A stretch of 64,000 nucleotides of DNA from Nitrosopumilus sp. (GTDB taxonomy: Archaea > Thermoproteota > Nitrososphaeria > Nitrososphaerales > Nitrosopumilaceae), in NCBI GenBank assembly GCA_965203315.1, contig OZ241857.1, positions 864,001 to 928,000 of the forward strand, in the 5' to 3' direction. A model generated the notes under the pieces. The model ran no database searches, was not told the DNA's origin, and saw nothing but the letters and a program-made list of their open reading frames with translations. The position numbers and the translations under genes were made by a program. Shown here piece after piece: positions 41,944 to 52,813 of the stretch (positions within the stretch are counted from its first letter, which is position 1; each line of letters begins with the position of its first letter).

Positions 41944-43335
41944 CTATTGGATTGTGCGTTCTACGAGTTGACCATAGCCTCGTTCACCCACTAGTTCAAA
42001 GTCATAGGCAATGGTGTTTCCTCTGCACAGTGTGTGTACAGGCCATCCTTTGAGACTCATTCCATCATATACAGAATAATCCGAGAACCCACCAAACAAC
42101 TCACTAGATACCTTCTTTTCACGATCTAGATCGATCAATACGATATCTGCGTCAGAACCCACCTCGAGTGTACCCTTTTTTGGATACATGCCAAATATCT
42201 TGGCAGCGTTGGTACTCGTGACTTGGGCCAGCTGTTCAATAGTAATTCTACCTCTGTTTACACCATAATGTAATAGCAGAGGCAGTGATGTTCCAATGCC
42301 AGGAAACCCAGCTAGTGCGTCCCACACATCTCTTCCACCAAGTTTTAGATCGAGGCGGTTTGCAACATGATCTGTACCTATCGTATCTATATCACCAAAC
42401 TTTAATGCGCTCCACACTGCAGATTGATCTAGACGTGTTCGTATAGGTGGCATGACTTTGGCTAGATATCCCTTCTGTCTCTCGTGCGATAATACTAGAT
42501 AGTGAGGACATGTCTCGACATAGACTCTAGTTCCCAGAGCTCGCTCTCTAGATATCTGTTCCAGAGCTCGCTCTGAACCTATATGTACAAAGTATATTGT
42601 ACAACCATACTTTCTGCCAAGTTTGCAGACAGTCTTGATTGCTTTAACCTCATACTCTGGAGAGCGACTCTCAGACCATGCAGTAAGACCATCCAGTCTC
42701 TTGGCTTTGGCATTCTTTATTCCACAACCACAAGATTCATAGTCTTCTGCATGTACCAGTACAGGACACTTTAGTGCAGATGCATTCTTTATAGTCTCTT
42801 CTACGATATCGTGTGTGACATTTACTTGAGCCGATACGAGGTCTTTGGTTTTAGGAGGCATGTCCATGTATACATGACCGATCTCGCCACCAAGATTCAT
42901 GTATAGTTTGAAAGAGGTTATACCAGAGTTGACACATTGATCCATCTCTGCAATCTGTTGTTTGGTAAATATTGATGCGTGTAATGTATAATCTACATAA
43001 TGATTTTTTTTAGAAGATTGTAGTTGGTCTTTTAATGAGACAGAGAATGGATCACCTAGTCTGAGCATTCGCATCATCGTTGTGACTCCACCCATAGCAG
43101 CAGCATATGACTCAGTCTGAGCAGCCTTGTTTATTGGCGAGTATACACCATAGTGAACATGAGTATCGATCACTCCAGGGATCGCTACAAGTCCAGTTCC
43201 AACAAAATTAAATGTACATTCCATATCTTTGGATGTTATAGCAACGATCTTTTCATCATCGATGATTATATTCTTGTTGACTAGTCCATTAGGAGTTACA
43301 ACATGTACGTCATAGATGCCAGTACTATACGTCAT
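41944..43335 (-). CDS. Cyclic amidohydrolase (dihydroorotase/allantoinase-like)
   Basis: PGVIDTHVH, ETCPHYL, GTDH, GSDAD. Confidence 0.9.
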   Translation of the reverse strand: MTYSTGIYDVHVVTPNGLVNKNIIIDDEKIVAITSKDMECTFNFVGTGLVAIPGVIDTHVHYGVYSPINKAAQTESYAAAMGGVTTMMRMLRLGDPFSVSLKDQLQSSKKNHYVDYTLHASIFTKQQIAEMDQCVNSGITSFKLYMNLGGEIGHVYMDMPPKTKDLVSAQVNVTHDIVEETIKNASALKCPVLVHAEDYESCGCGIKNAKAKRLDGLTAWSESRSPEYEVKAIKTVCKLGRKYGCTIYFVHIGSERALEQISRERALGTRVYVETCPHYLVLSHERQKGYLAKVMPPIRTRLDQSAVWSALKFGDIDTIGTDHVANRLDLKLGGRDVWDALAGFPGIGTSLPLLLHYGVNRGRITIEQLAQVTSTNAAKIFGMYPKKGTLEVGSDADIVLIDLDREKKVSSELFGGFSDYSVYDGMSLKGWPVHTLCRGNTIAYDFELVGERGYGQLVERTIQ

Positions 43336-43410
43336 GTGTGAATGATCATGTCTTCAATATATTATATGTTGAGAAGAGGGACTAGAATAGACCCTAGTGT
43401 AGTGGTTTGT

Positions 43411-43482
43411 GGGCCGGTGGTTTAGTGGCATAATGCCTCGTTCGCAACGAGGATGTCGAGGGTTCGATTCCCTCCCGGTCCA
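43411..43482 (+). tRNA. tRNA-Ala(CGC)
   Basis: GGGCCGG stem, anticodon arm CCTCG-TTCGCAA-CGAGG, GGTTCGATTCC. Confidence 0.95.
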
Positions 43483-43609
43483 CCTCTTATTGAACAAGAG
43501 CGGTTTTGTCAGAAAGACAAGTGTATGTTTTAGATTGAGTCGAGTGTGAGTTGAACTTAATCTTTCATTAAACATTCTGATAAAACCATCAATAGTATTA
43601 TCTGATATC

Positions 43610-43657
43610 GGATCTCTTTGGTTTACGTGGGATGAATGGTTACAGAAAACACTATCC
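43610..43657. mobile_element. MITE family B half copy
   Basis: GGATCTCTTTGGTTTACGTGGGATGAATGGTTACAGAAAACACTA; second TIR absent. Confidence 0.72.
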
Positions 43658-43707
43658 CACACAAATCGAAAATATCCTTACGCCCAACGTGCTAAATTGT
43701 GATCTAT

Positions 43708-44394
43708 CTACTTAGATATTTTATAATAATTCACTCTTCCTTTCTGATGTACGATCTTTAGCCAATTTAGATGAATAAATATACGAAATGCGCATTTGGA
43801 AGGAAGTCTATTGTTACCACATGCTTTTTGTTCTATATTTTCAACCCACTTTCTTATAAATGGTTTATCGTTGTTCGTGTTTGATACCTTAATTACAGCT
43901 TGCCATATCTTCGATATACGAGAATTTTTATCAGAAATTGAGCCCAAAATAATTTTATATGGTGGAGTATTTGGCTTTGACTTGATGAAGACAGTCCAAT
44001 AATCTGGTTCGTCAATTTTTGTATAAAAGTAGTAAAAGCTTTTATTCAATGATCTTGAATTCGGCACATCTCTGAATTCTTCTTTCAGTTCTTTAAGTTC
44101 GTCATAACTCGGCTTTATTAAATTAGATTTATGCTTGTCATTTTTTATTATCTCTTCAATTTCAGATTGTTTGTCAAAATTTAGCGTATAAAATGTTTTT
44201 TCGTTAATTTGCATACTAGTAATAATGTCCGACACTAGTAATTCTTCGTAGGCTGATTGAGTATTTCGTTCAAATTTACTTTTAAAATGTTCATGCAAGT
44301 TTTTTTCGTCTGTTATCTTGTATACTCGACTAGACGTACTCCGAGAAATAAAAAATCGTACGATTATTCTCTTCCACTCTTCAATTTCGATCAC
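43708..44394 (-). CDS. Hypothetical protein, possibly with terminal wHTH-like domains
   Basis: AT-rich 228-aa ORF; helix-wing patterns (EKTFYTLN, GRVNYYKI). Confidence 0.7.
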   Translation of the reverse strand: MIEIEEWKRIIVRFFISRSTSSRVYKITDEKNLHEHFKSKFERNTQSAYEELLVSDIITSMQINEKTFYTLNFDKQSEIEEIIKNDKHKSNLIKPSYDELKELKEEFRDVPNSRSLNKSFYYFYTKIDEPDYWTVFIKSKPNTPPYKIILGSISDKNSRISKIWQAVIKVSNTNNDKPFIRKWVENIEQKACGNNRLPSKCAFRIFIHLNWLKIVHQKGRVNYYKISK

Positions 44395-44425
44395 ATTACA
44401 CCCTTTACAGTTTTAATATATGTAT

Positions 44426-44443
44426 TTTGCCATGATTGGCAAA
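44426..44443. promoter_or_regulatory. Palindromic operator candidate between divergent genes
   Basis: TTTGCCA-TGAT-TGGCAAA between two TATA-like boxes. Confidence 0.55.
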
Positions 44444-44505
44444 TGTCACAGGCTAAAAAATTAGCAATACATTAAATATATAAACAAGACATAGTAAAAA
44501 TAGAT

Positions 44506-44832
44506 ATGGAAATAATAGAACAAGAAGATGTAAATTTACCATTTGCCCGGTTATTCAATACAGCTAGTGCAAAAATATTAGATTTCTTACTAACTAGCGA
44601 AATATTAGAATATACAAAAGAAGAGATATCAGAATTAACGCGAATTCCTAGCCGTACACTTGAGCGTAGTTTACAGTTATTGTTGCATGAAGAAATCATA
44701 ACAAGAAGAAAAAAGAATCGAGTATATTATTATGCGATAAACTTATCTTCACTGCGTGTAAACGGATTGCGTGATTATATGGATGCGACATTACTCTTTA
44801 ATCTTAAAAGCATAAAGAACAAAGCAAAATAG
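44506..44832 (+). CDS. Winged-HTH transcriptional regulator
   Basis: KILDFLL...TKEEISELTRIPSRTLERSLQLL...YYYAIN. Confidence 0.8.
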   Translation: MEIIEQEDVNLPFARLFNTASAKILDFLLTSEILEYTKEEISELTRIPSRTLERSLQLLLHEEIITRRKKNRVYYYAINLSSLRVNGLRDYMDATLLFNLKSIKNKAK

Positions 44833-44980
44833 TATCTACATGGATAGAGATTATCCAATATTGTGACACTAGATGTACACATCATATTCGTATAAATGTT
44901 CAAACTCATTTCAAGAACCATCGATCATGAATGTCCTCTCCAAGCCACTAGGATAGAATATGTGGTGATACATGTTTTGA

Positions 44981-45093
44981 GGATCTTTTTGGTTTACATG
45001 GGATGAATAGTTACAGAAAAAGCACTACAAGACTCTAGAATGGAAAATTATGGGAAAACCTTGCGAAATGTCATCCAGTAAATCAAAGAATCC
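44981..45093. mobile_element. MITE family B copy (reverse orientation)
   Basis: GGATCTTTTTGGTTTACATGGGATG...CATCCAGTAAATCAAAGAATCC. Confidence 0.83.
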
Positions 45094-45290
45094 TGTATGA
45101 ATCAAATACTTGTATCTACTATGGAGTTCATGCGAAAGTCATTTTCAGGCACATATGATGTGTGATGGGTCAAATCCGACTAAATTCTCCAAATTATTGC
45201 GGATTTCGTGTATGTGAGGAGGAGTAAAAAAATAACCAAAAATAGAATACGCAACAAGACAATTTTTTAAGACACTCCATGGCAAATACT

Positions 45291-45476
45291 GGTTCGGTTC
45301 AATTGACGGGGGTTGAGATCATTATGACATTATCCCAAATAACGCATATCATGAGACTTAAAATAGCAACAATTTACGATAGCCGATGTGAGATCGTTTC
45401 CATATTTTGTAAAATTTTTCGAAAATATTGTGCAGAAAATGCCAACCCCCCCCCCCCCCATCAATTGAATAGAACC
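45291..45476. mobile_element. MITE family A copy with expanded poly-C
   Basis: GGTTCGGTTCAATTGACGGGGG...CCCCATCAATTGAATAGAACC. Confidence 0.85.
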
Positions 45477-45683
45477 TCAAGAAAGAACCGAATTATGAAT
45501 AGGGTCTCTTGCACGGATAATATCTAATCCTAATTGTGACGACAGTTTGAACATAGAACTGTATTTCACAATCTATACCGAGCATAATACAATCTATCGA
45601 TGTAATATGGATGATGTTCTGTACTTGTACAGCAGTTGTCTGTCAATCAATTCATTTTTTACTTGTGAGACATAGTTCGATGC

Positions 45684-47750
45684 ATGATACTGTTAATTGT
45701 TGCAACATGCTTTGCATCACTATTAGTATTTGTGATGATTCATCATACATATGATATAGATCAGATACATACCTATCTAGACAAGAGTGTACCGTATATA
45801 GGAATAGACACGCCGAGGGAGAATAACATAGACGGTAAAGGGATCAAAGTTGCGGTAATAGATACAGGAGTTGATTATAATCATCCAGATCTGTTTGGGT
45901 GGGGACCTGATGGAAAGATCATTGGAGGATACAACTTTATACAAGAGGGATCGCCACCGCTAGACACAAACGGACATGGTACACAAGTTGCGGGTGTGAT
46001 TGCATCAGATGGTCAGCTAGTAGGTGTTGCTCCAAAGGCAAAGATTCTAGCGTACAAGGTATCAGAAGATGGCGAAGGAGTGTCGGCAGAGTTGATAACT
46101 AGAGCAATAGAACGAGCAATCGAAGATGGAGCAGATATCATAAACATCAGTCTAGGAGTAAACAAGACCAACTTGAAGATAGATCGAGCAGTGAGTCGAG
46201 CACTAGAACAAGATATCCTAGTCGTAGTTGCAGCTGGAAACGATGGACCTGATGTCGCAACAATTGGGAGTCCAGGTAGAAGTAATGGAGCAATCACTGT
46301 CGGAGCCACATATAACAACCTTACATCTAGTATTGTAGCAACGCTAGACGTTGATGGTAAACCGTACACGGCAATTCCCATGGTAGGATCATCGATTCCC
46401 GAGCAGTCGATAAAAGGAGAGATAGTCTTTGGTGGATTTGGTAGAGAATCAGAGATACGAGAGATTGATGCAGATGACAAGATTGTGATAGTGCAACGAG
46501 GAAGTGATATCGAGGGCGAGTTGTTATACTTTTCAATAAAAGAGAGAAATGCAGCACAAGCAGGGGCAAAAGCACTAATCGTATACAACAATGAAGAGGG
46601 AATATTTCTAGGAGAGTTGGTTCATGAGTTTATAGAATCAGGATACGAACCTACCATTCCAGTTGTATCTTTAGATGGTCAAGAGGGTCAAGAGATCATA
46701 ATGTCGCTAAACGGTACAAATCACGCCATCATGAATCTATTTTACAATCCAGATCATATAACACATTTTAGTTCACGTGGTCCCGTATCACCATTTTACA
46801 TAAAACCCGAGATTGTTGCGCCTGGAACATACATCAATACAACACAGAATGATTCAGGATACAACTTTACTAGTGGTACCAGTTATGCTGCACCACATGT
46901 TAGTGGAGCTGCTGCATTAATACTTCAAAAGAATCCAAATCTAACACACACTGCATTGCGATCTATCTTACTTACAACTACACATCCAGTCTCTGATATT
47001 TATGGACAGCAATTCTCGGTGTATGATGTGGGGTCAGGTAGACTCGATATCAAAAGAGCATTTGATGCAAATCTCGTAATAACACCACCAAACTTTGTAT
47101 CAATAGTTACAACAGACAAGCCCAGTACAGAACAACATCTAGACATCAATACACTAAGAGGAGATCCAAATATCGTAAAAGTTGAGTTTGTTGGACCTGA
47201 TCTTGTTAGATTTGAGCATACGATCAAAAGCGATGGTATAGACATCACGTTACGTGTAGCAGATCAGACATATGGCAAGTATGAAGGCAGGATACTGATA
47301 CATGACGACACCACTAGATACACAGTACCGTTTGTTTTACATTACACAGCAGGCTCGATCGTGCCAAGACAAGTACAAGATACTATCCAGTTCGACATAA
47401 CACATCCAGAGACATGGAGTTTTGCAAAGATCACAGTCATAAACAGAGATGATAGTACCAAGACAGTTACCGCAACGCCAGACCGACTTGGTTCTATTGC
47501 AGTTCATGAGAACGTAGAGCATTGGATCAAAGCACAGATAACTACGCCAAACGGCACATCAGATGCATACAGCATTATAAACATTGACGATATAGATGAC
47601 TCTGCACGTGTGACGCTGATAGATATCTCTACTAGGCCCATAGCAATAATCATCAGTGCAGTTGCAATTATTGGAGTATTTGGTTTTATAGTAAAGATCC
47701 GTCACAGAAATATACCACATATAAAAAATACATCAGACATGTCTTTGTGA
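45684..47750 (+). CDS. S8 subtilisin-like serine protease with PA domain, membrane anchored
   Basis: IDTG, HGTQVAG and GTSYAAPHV triad; PA insert; C-terminal TM. Confidence 0.93.
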   Translation: MILLIVATCFASLLVFVMIHHTYDIDQIHTYLDKSVPYIGIDTPRENNIDGKGIKVAVIDTGVDYNHPDLFGWGPDGKIIGGYNFIQEGSPPLDTNGHGTQVAGVIASDGQLVGVAPKAKILAYKVSEDGEGVSAELITRAIERAIEDGADIINISLGVNKTNLKIDRAVSRALEQDILVVVAAGNDGPDVATIGSPGRSNGAITVGATYNNLTSSIVATLDVDGKPYTAIPMVGSSIPEQSIKGEIVFGGFGRESEIREIDADDKIVIVQRGSDIEGELLYFSIKERNAAQAGAKALIVYNNEEGIFLGELVHEFIESGYEPTIPVVSLDGQEGQEIIMSLNGTNHAIMNLFYNPDHITHFSSRGPVSPFYIKPEIVAPGTYINTTQNDSGYNFTSGTSYAAPHVSGAAALILQKNPNLTHTALRSILLTTTHPVSDIYGQQFSVYDVGSGRLDIKRAFDANLVITPPNFVSIVTTDKPSTEQHLDINTLRGDPNIVKVEFVGPDLVRFEHTIKSDGIDITLRVADQTYGKYEGRILIHDDTTRYTVPFVLHYTAGSIVPRQVQDTIQFDITHPETWSFAKITVINRDDSTKTVTATPDRLGSIAVHENVEHWIKAQITTPNGTSDAYSIINIDDIDDSARVTLIDISTRPIAIIISAVAIIGVFGFIVKIRHRNIPHIKNTSDMSL

Positions 47751-47764
47751 TATGACAAGATATA

Positions 47765-48004
47765 TTGAATAGAGAATTTGTCACAGTATTGGACAAAGAG
47801 ATACAGAGATTACTACGAGAAGATATTCAAGAGATGATAAAAAAATTGCTAGAAGAAAAGATAAATTCGTCACAAGTACAAGATTTGCTACAAGAGATGG
47901 TTGAGGAAATAGTACAAAATTCATTACAAGATGTACAAGACAGAATGCAAGAGATTGAAAAAAGGATGGAAGATGTCGAAGATCTGATAGAACATGGAAG
48001 ATAA
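47765..48004 (+). CDS. Small acidic coiled-coil protein
   Basis: 79-aa E/Q/D-rich helical ORF, TTG start. Confidence 0.5.
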   Translation: MNREFVTVLDKEIQRLLREDIQEMIKKLLEEKINSSQVQDLLQEMVEEIVQNSLQDVQDRMQEIEKRMEDVEDLIEHGR

Positions 48005-48070
48005 AAAGATCAATGTACAAAGATAAAACCAGTATGAAAAAATTGTGATTGTATATTTTTCAAATACAAC

Positions 48071-48205
48071 TATAGTCACGAACGGAATTGTTTTCCTGTT
48101 TACTTCCACACATGTGTGGTCAGAGACGGAATTTACCTCTGGCAGAACATATGACACTAAATTGTGATACTAAGCACTAGGAAAATTATTATGTTAATGA
48201 CTATA
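48071..48205. mobile_element. MITE family C copy
   Basis: TATAGTCACGAAC...GTTAATGACTATA ends (possible TA target); inverse match to 9145-9279. Confidence 0.8.
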
Positions 48206-48372
48206 TATGACAATCCAGATCTACTCGTGATTGTTTTGCACGTTAATTTTACACCTAGATAATGATTCAATAAAAATGTGTACGAATTATTAAAAAGGTT
48301 TATGTAAAAAAACCACATGTCAGCACAACAGGTACATTAATTGTATTCATCAATAGTTTCGTTTTATGGACT

Positions 48373-50039
48373 AGATATCATGTATAATTCGTTTTCACAG
48401 GCGCAAACGGTAAGATTTAGTTTACCTCCTTATAAACAGAATCTGACCTAGTTGCTTAGATAGGTAATGTGTAGAATAGCCATTATGAAGAGTGTTACAG
48501 TATGCTCTGATGCAGAAAGCAAAAAGATACAATCGTTAGAACGAAAACTAGCCAAAGTAACTAGTGAACGTGATGAATCGAGAACTAAAATCAAAGAATT
48601 AAAGACCGAAATCAAAGAGTTGAAAGAGAAACTCGACTTTGCACATGCCAGACAAAAGATCGAAGAATCGATGTGGATGTGTTCACTTCAACGTAAAACG
48701 AATAAACGAGATACGCAACACGTGTTAGAGTTTTGGAACAGAATAATGAGCAAACCAAATCTCTTCTATACGTACGTTAGGATGCCACAAGAGCGATTTG
48801 ATGACCTACACAAACGGTTTGTAGAGTATATAGAAGAACATCCAAATAAAACCCCACAGTTCTCAGATATCTTTGTAACACAAGGAAACGTGTGCAGATA
48901 CATGTCCAAGTATTATCTGTTCATGATAATCGCGTATTTGAGGTGTGGTCTATCACAATGGAAGATCGGAGGTTTGTTTGATCTAGATCAAGGTACGGTA
49001 TCTCGACATCTAGCATACGTATCGAAATTTTTAGAGACCAATAGTTCTTCGGTAGAGAACATATTTGAAAAGATCGCTAGTTGTAAAACAACTAGAGAGT
49101 TCAAGAGATGGGTACCAGGCGAAAGAGGTGGCAGAATATTCGTGGATGGATTCGAGACAGAGATAGACAAACCAAAAAAATCAAAGGATGAAACAGCAGC
49201 TTATTCAGGCAAGTCAAAGAAACACGTCTATCGTCAAGTGATCCTAACAAATCAAGACAAATTGATTCTGTGTATTAGTAAGGTGTACTATGCCGATACA
49301 TCAGAGATAAACATACTACGATCAATGTTTGAAGATTTCACAGGGTACTGGGAAAAGCTACTAGATCCAAATACGCCATACCATCAAAGACCAGAGCAAT
49401 TTGGAGATGCTGCATATGTAGGACTGTACGATGATATGTTGGGCTCATGTGTCTATGTTCCATACAAGAAACCGAAAAATGGTGAACTCACGCAAGAACA
49501 AAAAGAGTACAATCAATGGATTGCGGCAATTCGTATAGTTGTTGAACACTCCGTTGGAATGTTAAGACAGTTTGGTTGCATGAATGATCAGTTTGAAGGT
49601 ACCAAACCACAGTTTCAACGCAAAACCGCAGCAGTAGCGTCTCTTGTCAACCACGATATATTATGGGACAAGGAGAACAACAAACCATCGAAACGCTTGA
49701 TAGAATTGGAAGAGTTTCGTCGACATAGAGAAAGACACAAACACAGAAAAAAAGCTCGGACAAAAAAGTAAAATTTAGACATCAAAACACATTTGATACA
49801 GAATATGGTCCCAAGACTGCGCACGTTCTTTTGATTTCTGTGTATTTGTGTACAATCGTGTACAATTTTGTACGATTTAGTACAACTTTGTGCTAACGTG
49901 CCGTATTTTGCGGCGTCTTTGTTATTTCTAATTTGAATAAATGCCAGAGTACATGTTATTTTTCTGTAATTTACGATACAACAAGTTATTTTAATCAACA
50001 AAGTGCATTCATGTGAATAATGAATTATACATGATATCT
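48373..50039 (+). mobile_element. IS5-family (ISL2/Harbinger-like) element
   Basis: Perfect 18-bp TIR AGATATCATGTATAATTC; 3-bp TSD ACT at 48370-48372 and 50040-50042. Confidence 0.9.
48467..49771 (+). CDS. IS5/ISL2-type DDE transposase
   Basis: HTH LFDLDQGTVSR, VDGFE, YSGKSKKH, GDAAYVG, RIVVEHSVG. Confidence 0.92.
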   Translation: MCRIAIMKSVTVCSDAESKKIQSLERKLAKVTSERDESRTKIKELKTEIKELKEKLDFAHARQKIEESMWMCSLQRKTNKRDTQHVLEFWNRIMSKPNLFYTYVRMPQERFDDLHKRFVEYIEEHPNKTPQFSDIFVTQGNVCRYMSKYYLFMIIAYLRCGLSQWKIGGLFDLDQGTVSRHLAYVSKFLETNSSSVENIFEKIASCKTTREFKRWVPGERGGRIFVDGFETEIDKPKKSKDETAAYSGKSKKHVYRQVILTNQDKLILCISKVYYADTSEINILRSMFEDFTGYWEKLLDPNTPYHQRPEQFGDAAYVGLYDDMLGSCVYVPYKKPKNGELTQEQKEYNQWIAAIRIVVEHSVGMLRQFGCMNDQFEGTKPQFQRKTAAVASLVNHDILWDKENNKPSKRLIELEEFRRHRERHKHRKKARTKK

Positions 50040-50085
50040 ACTAGTTACAAGAGATGATAATATTTGTGGTGCAAAAATCCAACAA

Positions 50086-51684
50086 TCAAGCTTTGGGACC
50101 AGAGTCTATAATATCTTGAGAGACATTATCGAATTTCTTAAAGTTTTCAACAAACATCATGGCGAGTCTCTTTGCATTATTGTCATATTCAGTCTTGTCG
50201 TGCCATGTATTTCTAGGATCCAAGATATCATCTGGAACATCAGGAATGGAGCATGGTACTTGAAGGTTGAATATATCGTCATGTCGATATTGTACCGAGT
50301 TGAGCTTGCCAGAGAGTGCCGCGGTAATCATAGCTCGACTGTGTTTTATCGAGATGCGTTTACCTATACCATACGGTCCTCCAGACCAGCCAGTGTTCAC
50401 TAGATAGACTGTTGTATCATGATCTCTAATCTTGGCTCCAAGCAACTTTGCGTATACATCTGCAGGTCTAGGCATGAATGGTGCTCCAAAGCACTCCGAG
50501 AATACCGATTTGGGTTCTTTAATACCTCTCTCAGTTCCAGCAAGCTTGCTAGTATATCCAGACATAAAGTGATACATTGCTGCTTTACGACTCAGTCTCG
50601 AGATAGGAGGCAGTACGCCAAGCGCGTCAGCAGTAAGGAAGATTATAACTTTAGGATTACCGCCAACACTAGGAATTACTGCGCCTGGAATATACTCTAG
50701 CGGGTACGCGACGCGAGTATTCTCTGTAAGAGTGTTGTCAGTATAATCAGGAATACCATCATGTAAAACGACATTCTCTAGCACAGCACCGTGTCGGATT
50801 GCATTCCATATCTCTGGCTCTGCAGTTCTATCAAGATTGATGCATTTGGCGTAACATCCTCCTTCAAAGTTGAATGTGCCATCATCTGACCAACCATGTT
50901 CATCATCACCAATCAGCCGTCTGTTTGGATCAGTTGATAGTGTGGTCTTGCCAGTACCAGATAGTCCAAAAAAGAGAACGGTATCTCCGTCACTTCCAAT
51001 ATTAGCAGAGCAATGCATCGGAAGTATTCCTCGGTCAGGCAATAGAAAGTTCATGACAGAGAACATGGACTTTTTCATCTCACCGGCATATTGTGTGCCA
51101 CCAATCAGGACCAATTTGTGAGTAAGATTGATTATAATAAACACTTCACTCTGAGTTTTGTCAATATTTGGTAATGCAGCAAAGTCATTTAGACAGAGTA
51201 GAGTGAACTCGGGTTCGTGATCTTCTAGTTCGGCATCAGTAGGTTTTATGAACATGTTGTTCGCAAAGAGATTCTGCCATGCACGATCATTTACAACTCG
51301 TATAGGTAATCGAGTCTTGGGGTCTGCTCCAACAAACCCATCAAATACAAAGAGTTCTTTATCAGATACAAACTGTTTCATCTTTTCAAATAGATCCGTA
51401 AACCCTTTATCATCAAATTTATGGTTGATCTTTCCCCAGTCAACGGTATTTTCAGTTGTAGAGTCATATACAATATATCGATCATCAGGAGAGCGACCTG
51501 TATACTTGCCAGTATTTGTAGAGAGTGCTCCAGTAGAGTTTACAACACCCTCACCACGTTGTACTGCTAACTTGATCAGTTCAATAACACCAAGGTTTCG
51601 ATGTATCTTGAGTGGCTTGATTCCAAATGACTCGATCTGATTTGTAAATTTGGTCGTCGTTGCCGTACCCATCACTTGAGTCAT
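50086..51684 (-). CDS. pckA: ATP-dependent PEP carboxykinase
   Basis: TGRSP, YAGEMKK, GLSGTGKTTLS, LIGDDEHGW, NTR; start reassigned. Confidence 0.96.
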   Translation of the reverse strand: MTQVMGTATTTKFTNQIESFGIKPLKIHRNLGVIELIKLAVQRGEGVVNSTGALSTNTGKYTGRSPDDRYIVYDSTTENTVDWGKINHKFDDKGFTDLFEKMKQFVSDKELFVFDGFVGADPKTRLPIRVVNDRAWQNLFANNMFIKPTDAELEDHEPEFTLLCLNDFAALPNIDKTQSEVFIIINLTHKLVLIGGTQYAGEMKKSMFSVMNFLLPDRGILPMHCSANIGSDGDTVLFFGLSGTGKTTLSTDPNRRLIGDDEHGWSDDGTFNFEGGCYAKCINLDRTAEPEIWNAIRHGAVLENVVLHDGIPDYTDNTLTENTRVAYPLEYIPGAVIPSVGGNPKVIIFLTADALGVLPPISRLSRKAAMYHFMSGYTSKLAGTERGIKEPKSVFSECFGAPFMPRPADVYAKLLGAKIRDHDTTVYLVNTGWSGGPYGIGKRISIKHSRAMITAALSGKLNSVQYRHDDIFNLQVPCSIPDVPDDILDPRNTWHDKTEYDNNAKRLAMMFVENFKKFDNVSQDIIDSGPKA

Positions 51685-51834
51685 GTAGATGCATCTCCAA
51701 GAATATCCAAATTCGTAGACTTGTTCATAAGATAATTCGATCCGAATCAAGTTGCCTTATTATCTCTTTCTTGGTTCAACACGTTCGTAGGATCCTAAGG
51801 CTCACTAGTCAGCTATGTTAAATCGGCAAAAGTC

Positions 51835-51961
51835 GAGATCTAGATGACGCTATCTCAAATAATGCATATTGTAACTCCAATAGCGAGTAACAGTAAATCA
51901 TAGTAGACGATACACAGCCACGTCCACATCTTGCAAAATCTTAGAATTTGTGTAAAAGTAC
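51835..51961. mobile_element. Degenerate family A MITE body
   Basis: GAGATC..ATGACGCTATCTCAAATAATGCA...TTGCAAAATCTTAGAATTTGTGTAAAAG resembles 30637-30764; TIRs not seen. Confidence 0.45.
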
Positions 51962-52084
51962 CAATTTCACAGTATAGTAGAACTCACTTGAGATCGCGAA
52001 ACGACATCTCACGATATTGTACTGTATATTAAAGTAAACGTTTAAAAGCAATCTGTTATTATAAAAATAGCGAGTCGAAAAACG

Positions 52085-52813
52085 ATGGGAAAGAACAAAA
52101 CAGAGATAGATGACAAAAAAGAATACTCGGCTATCCAAATAGAAGAGCTTTTAGGTGATCCATTAAATGAGCATGAATCAAAGCACAGTCCGGAAACTAT
52201 CTTTTATAGTGGATCTATGGAGATTCCCATACCGCAACCTCGAGTCTCAATCATTGGTTCTAGGAATGCGTCAGAGAGAGGGATTACAGAAGCGAAAGAT
52301 ATTGCAGCCAAACTGGTTGAAAACGAGGTAGTGATTGTAAGTGGACTTGCCAGAGGAATCGATACGGCTGCTCACAAGACTGCAATTGAGAAAGGGGGTA
52401 AAACTATTGCGGTACTAGGCACACCGTTAAACAAAACATCGCCCAAAGAGAACTCTGAACTTCAAGATAAGATTATGCGAGATCACCTTGCCATCTCACA
52501 ATATCCAATTGGTCACAATACTAGACGTAGAGATTTTGTATTTAGAAACAGAACAATGGCATTAATTTCTAATGCAACAGTGATCGTTGAAGCTGACGAA
52601 TCTAGTGGATCGTTACATCAAGGACATGAATCCATAAGAATAGGAAGACCGCTATATATTTCCAAGAATATGGTTGATGATAAAAAACTAGAATGGCCAA
52701 AAAAGATGTTAAATAGTGGGGCCATTATACTTGACGATCCATTAGATATTTTGTACGAGTTGCCATCCAAGATTAGAGTAACTTTTGAAATGCTTGAAAA
52801 GATGTTGAAATGA
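52085..52813 (+). CDS. DprA/Smf-like protein (Rossmann core only)
   Basis: IIGSR, IVSGLARGIDTAAH, TIAVLGT, FRNRTM, SGSL. Confidence 0.92.
   Translation: MGKNKTEIDDKKEYSAIQIEELLGDPLNEHESKHSPETIFYSGSMEIPIPQPRVSIIGSRNASERGITEAKDIAAKLVENEVVIVSGLARGIDTAAHKTAIEKGGKTIAVLGTPLNKTSPKENSELQDKIMRDHLAISQYPIGHNTRRRDFVFRNRTMALISNATVIVEADESSGSLHQGHESIRIGRPLYISKNMVDDKKLEWPKKMLNSGAIILDDPLDILYELPSKIRVTFEMLEKMLK

Noticed and set aside
45446-45459. Poly-C tract as a phase-variation switch
   Set aside because: Lies within a MITE subterminal C-run, not in a gene or an evident promoter
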